Positions 59,084 to 64,000 of a stretch of 64,000 nucleotides of DNA are shown piece by piece; position 1 is the stretch's first letter, and every line of letters begins with the position of its first letter. The DNA lies in contig NC_086108.1 of assembly GCF_963921235.1 (NCBI RefSeq), positions 72,232,001-72,296,000 on the forward strand, given 5' to 3'. The stretch is from Mobula hypostoma. Taxonomy: Eukaryota. The position numbers and the translations under genes were made by a program. The notes beneath the pieces were generated by a model, which was given only the letters and a program-made list of their open reading frames with translations, made no database searches and was not told where the DNA came from.

Positions 59084-62000
59084 TTAACTCAAATGATAAT
59101 AACGAGCAAATGAGCCCCATCTTTTCTCAAAATCAAATAAAGGTGCAAAGGTTTGACTTCTAATTTTCTCCAAACTAAGACATAGCATCACTTGAGAGAA
59201 CCATTGTGACAAAGTGGGAGCTGATGTATCCTTCCACTTCAACAAAATGGCCCTCCCAGCTATCAATGTAACAAATGCAATAACATGTTGGTCAGACACA
59301 GAAATACCATGAATATTTTGAGGAACTATTCCAAAAAGCACAGTTAATTTATTAGGTTGTAAATTAATTTCAAATGCTTTAGAAATTGTTGAGAAAACTG
59401 ACTTCCAGAACTGTTCCAATATAGAACAAGACCAAAACATATGTGTCAGTGTAGCTATCTCAGTTTTACATGTATCACAATGACTATCAACATTAGGAAA
59501 AATTTTAGAAAGTCTCTCCTTTGTCAAATGATAACAATGTGCAATTTTAAATTGAATCAATGAATGGCTAGCACAAATTGAAGAAGAGTTAGCCAACTTC
59601 AATATCCGCATCCAATCCTCCGTCATAAAAGTCAAATTAAGTTCCTTTTCCTAATCCTGTTTAATCGTAGATAAAGGACACTTATCCCATTGTAATAGTA
59701 AATTATAAATTCTTCCAATAGAACCCTTAATCGAAGGATTCATACTCATAATAGTATCTAACAGGTCAGCCTCCAATGTGTAAGGGAAATTACTTCAATA
59801 TTTTTGTAAAAAATATCTAACTTGAAGGTATTGCAGAAAGTGTGAGTATGAAAGAGAATATTTATCAATTAATTGTTCAAAGGACATCAATCTATCTTCT
59901 TTAAATAAATCCAAAAAAGAATTAATACCTTTATTTTTCCAAAGTAAAAAAACTGGATCACTCAAAGAAGCCTGAAAAAAGTAATTTCGGTAAATTAAAC
60001 TACAAAGTTCAAATTTTTTAAGATTAAAAAAATTGCGGAATTGGAGCCAAGTTTGTAAAGAATACTTAATCACAGGATATAGGTTTAAATTAACTACTTT
60101 ACCTAATTGCATAGGTAAAGGAGCTCCCAATAACGAGGATAAATAAAACTGTTTTACAACTTTTAGTTCCAGGTATACCCAAATTGGCTGATCACTCTTA
60201 TCAACCCAATATAACCAAAAAGACATATATCGCAGATTAAGAGCCCAATAATACATTCTAAAATTAGGCAAAGCAAGACCTCCATCCTTTTTCAATTTTT
60301 GTAATTGACATTTACTAATTCTTGGTCTTTTATTATTCCAAATAAAAGATAAAATAACAGGATCAATCTGATCAAAAAACTTGCTAGTCAAAAAAACAGG
60401 AATATTCTGAAATAAATATAAAAATTTCGGTAGAATCATCATTTTAACTATATGAATACGACCAACAAGTGAAAATGTAAGTGGATTCCATCTACTAAAT
60501 AAATACTTCATAGAGTCTACTAAGGGAACAAAATTAGTTTTATAGAGACGCCTATATTTTTCAGTAATTATAAATACCTAAATATCTAAATGAGTTTGAA
60601 ACTTTAAAAGGAGTATTATCATATATAGAAACAGAATCATTTAAAGGAAACAATTCACTTTTACTAAAATTAATTTTATATCCTGGAAAAACCTCTGAAT
60701 TCATTAAATAATTTTAGCAGGGCAGGAATGGATTCGTCAGGGTTAGATATTTAAACCAATAAATCATCAGCATAAAGGGAGACCTTATGCGTGGTCTCAT
60801 TCACAAAGAACCCTTGGATAATTTTAGCCTCACGAAGAGCAATAGCAAGGGGTTCTAATATTAAATTAAACAACAAAGGACTTAATGGACAGCCTTGCCT
60901 TGTCCCTCATGAAAGCTGAAAAAAAGGAGACCTACGATTGTTAGTGACAACAGTAGCAATAGGGGCTTTATATATCATTTTAATCCAATTATTAAAATTA
61001 ACACCAAAGCCAAATTTCTCTAAAACATTGAATAAATATTTCCATTCGACTCAGTCGAACGCTTTTTCAGCATCCAAAGATACAACACATTGTGGAATTT
61101 TAGAAGAGGATGAGTATATAATGTTAAATAGTCTCTGAACATTTGAAAAGAAATAGCGACCCTTTATAAAACCTGTTTGATCTTTACAAATAATTTTACC
61201 CAAAATATTCTCCAACTGATTGGCCATTATCTTTGACAAAATCTTAGCGTCAACATTCAGTAATGAAATAGGTCTGTATGAAGAACAGTCAGTAGGATCT
61301 TTATCTTTTATAAAAATTAAGGAAATAGAGGCCTCATAAAAAGTAGAGGGTAAGTCACCTTTCACAAAAGAATCCTTAAACATTTCCAACATATACGGAG
61401 AGAGCAACTTTCCAAATTTTTTATAAAATTCTACAGGATAGCCATCAAGTCCTGGGGACTTACCAGATTGCATTGAAAAAATAGCTTAATGAATTTCGGC
61501 TTCAGTAATTTGAGCATCAAGAATCTTTTGATCTTCAGCCGAGATTTTAGGAAAAACAATATTTCGTAAAAAAGCATTCATTTAAGAGGAATCTGATGGA
61601 CGTAGAGATTTATATAGCTCAGCATAAAAATCTTGAAAAATAGTATTAATTTCTTCATATTTCTGAGCTAAGGTACCATCTTTCCTATGAATTTTCATGA
61701 TTTGCCTTTTGGCTGCAGCCATTTTTAATTGAGATGCAAGCAGTTTATTATTTTGATCTCCAGACATATAAAATTGGCTCTTTAACTTAAGCAAATAACC
61801 TTCAATGGGATGAGTTAATAACAGGTTATATTGTGATTGAAGTTCCACCCTTTGTTTAAATAAATCAGTATTGGGGGAAATTGCATAAATATTATCCAAA
61901 TCTTTAATTTGTTTTGAAATTCTATCTAATTCTGCTTTAGTTTGTTTTTTAAGTTTAGCTGAATAAGAAATAATCTGACCACGTAAAAATGCTTTAAATG

Positions 62001-62841
62001 TATCCCATATAACTAATTTAGACATACCCCCTATATCATTAAAAAGAAAAAATTATTTTATGTGGGTTTCAATGAAAGTGACAAAGTCAGAGTTTTGCAA
62101 TAATGTCTGAGACTTGCGCCAAGGTGGGCGGGCAAGAATGACATCATCAAATTCAAAAGACAAACTCAGAGGCGCATGATCAGATAGAGCAATGGCGTCA
62201 TATTCGCAAGTTCTAACACTAGGCAAGAAGCGGGGATCGATTATAATATAATCGATCCTCGAATATTTTTTATAAACATGTGAGAAGAAAGAATATTCTG
62301 TATTATCGTGATAAAGATACCTCCACAAATCAATCGACCCAAAATCAATCAAAAAGGAATTTGGAAGTCGCTGATTAGTTGAGCTCTTATTAATCATAGG
62401 ATTTAAACAACAATTAAAATCCCCACCCATTATGAGCATATATTCATTTAAGTCAGGCAGTAAAGCAAATACCTTTTTAAAAAAAGGATCATCTAAGTTA
62501 GGACCATACAAATTAACCAAAACAACTTTTCTGTTACAGATTGTTCCTTTAACAATTAAAAATCTACCATTAGAATCTGATTCAATATCCTCTTGAATAA
62601 ATATATTAGGTTTAATGAAAATAGACACGCCTTTTGTTTTACTCTGAGAAGTAGAGTGGAATTGCAATCCATTCCACCATCTAAAAAATCTATTTTGATC
62701 TCCCGCCCTGATATGTTTCTCTTGAGCAAAAATTATATCAGGTTGGAATCAGTTAATAATTTTAAAAGTCTTCTTTCGTTTAATAGGATGATTCCAACCA
62801 CGTACATTCCAACTTATTATATTAATCCATTTGAACAGCAT
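59084..62841 (-). pseudogene. L1 ORF2 (APE, RT, CCHC), with multiple stops and frameshifts
   Basis: ATG at 62841 gives MLFKWINIISWNVRG. Motifs NLYGPN, GGDFN, YSRIDY, SDHAP; KSPGLDG, YRPISLLN, SLDAEKAFD, YADD (60763-60774); GGLALPN; CDTC...HMFWSC. Confidence 0.95.
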
Positions 62842-63559
62842 ACTATAATTTCATTCTACTTTATACATGCACAAAGCACATACCAATACAGGATGATCAA
62901 AGATGGCGGAGATGAAGAATACAACCAAATAAAAAACACGCATGCTCCGGAACCATCCAATGAGAAAAAACTCCTAACTCTAAACCCACCCACCCACACC
63001 CGGAAACCCGCAAAATGCAAGCGATCTATGATAGAGTTTAAAGCTGCTGACTGCTCTGTCTGTGTTTTCTTTCCCTCCCCCCAGTTAGTAAAAAAGTAGA
63101 GTGACCTTGTGAAAAAGACAATAAAGTCTCAGCAAAAAACAGGTATTTACATTCCATCGACTGATAAACAAGAAAGAACCAAAATAATGTTATCTCTTAG
63201 AGAGGAATACAGTAACATGTTTAAGTTTAATATTAATTCCCTAAAAAAGCTTTAAATTCAATTATAAAATGTTAATAATAAAACAGAAAAATATATAAAA
63301 AGCCCTATTAGTAGGAAAAAACTACCAATTAGCTAACAAGTATTAAATTAAAGGAACAAATCGCCTTATCTTCTTCCCTCAGTCATAAAATGTCCAGAGA
63401 TCATCTGAGCAGAGATACTTAAACCATAAATCTTTCCAAAGGAAAACCAATAATATGCAATAAAGAATATTCTCTCAATGAAATATACAAGTGACCTTCA
63501 TAAATCTGCTTTCCAAAATGCAAATAATATACAAATAGCCAAACAGCCTTTCAGATGGA

Positions 63560-64000
63560 TCATTCAACAGCGGTGTTGGTGACAGTGGCAGGCAAAGCCT
63601 GAACAAAATCCAGTGCAGTTTTTGGATCAAAAAATGTACGAGGAGGAGAATTAGCAGGGAAAATTTTAATTCTTGTCAGATACCTCAAAGACAGGAAAAG
63701 ATTCTTATCATATGCTTGTTTCATTACCAGGGCAAATTTTGATCTTTGTTCCATTATCTCTCTTGGATAATCTTCGTAGAAGCGGAGCTCAGATTCCATA
63801 AATCTAAAAACTCTCTGTTTTCTTGCCTGTCGTATTATTTGATCTTTAATTTTAAAGTGATGAAAGCAAACCAGAACAGATCTTGGTTGACAAGAGTCCT
63901 TCGATTTCGAGATAAACGCCCTGTGTGCCCTTTCTATAGCAGGCGGCTTTGATAGAATGGTAGGAAATAAAGTGTGGAAAAGCTTACCAAAGTAAGCCGT
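63560..64000 (-). pseudogene. L1 ORF1p C-terminal part, open to the window edge
   Basis: Manual translation from 64000: ...PPAIERAHRAF...QPRSVLVCFHHFKIKDQIIRQAR...LRFYEDY..., matching L1 ORF1 RRM/CTD motifs. Confidence 0.9.

Larger units (their letters stand above)
58788..64000 (-). mobile_element. L1 (LINE-1 clade) element, 5' end outside the window
   Basis: ORF1 C-terminal half, a spacer of about 720 bp, disrupted ORF2, and a 3' UTR with minus-strand AATAAA at 58804-58809 and a short A-rich end. Confidence 0.95.

Noticed and set aside
62593..63099. 168-aa plus-strand ORF as an L1 ORF0-like gene
   Set aside because: Antisense to the ORF2 start and spacer, with no motif support; would need conservation among copies.

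Overview
Eukaryotic, repeat-dense, AT-rich vertebrate DNA. The repeat set (CR1-dominated, Rex1/Babar, HE1-like V-SINEs, SacSINE1-like DeuSINEs, Penelope-like elements) points to a cartilaginous fish, probably a ray; this is inferred from recalled repeat families, not from a database search. No host protein-coding gene, rRNA, true tRNA gene or CRISPR array is supportable, so the window looks intronic or intergenic. Essentially all informative ORFs are decayed transposable-element sequence: the 3' end of a chromodomain Gypsy element with its LTR, a solo LTR, an internally deleted Tigger, three CR1 copies retaining ORF1, many CR1 and Rex1 fragments, two Penelope-like GIY-YIG elements, an L1 running off the window end, and L2 and RTE fragments. 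The most interesting signals are non-coding: a minimal type I hammerhead ribozyme with an intact core at the end of a Penelope-like element, several short dispersed copies of that module, a 214-bp hairpin inside the Tigger, a candidate 15-nt microexon, a teleost-like L2, and apparent module swapping among CR1s and SINEs. Most repeat boundaries are approximate (tens of bp).
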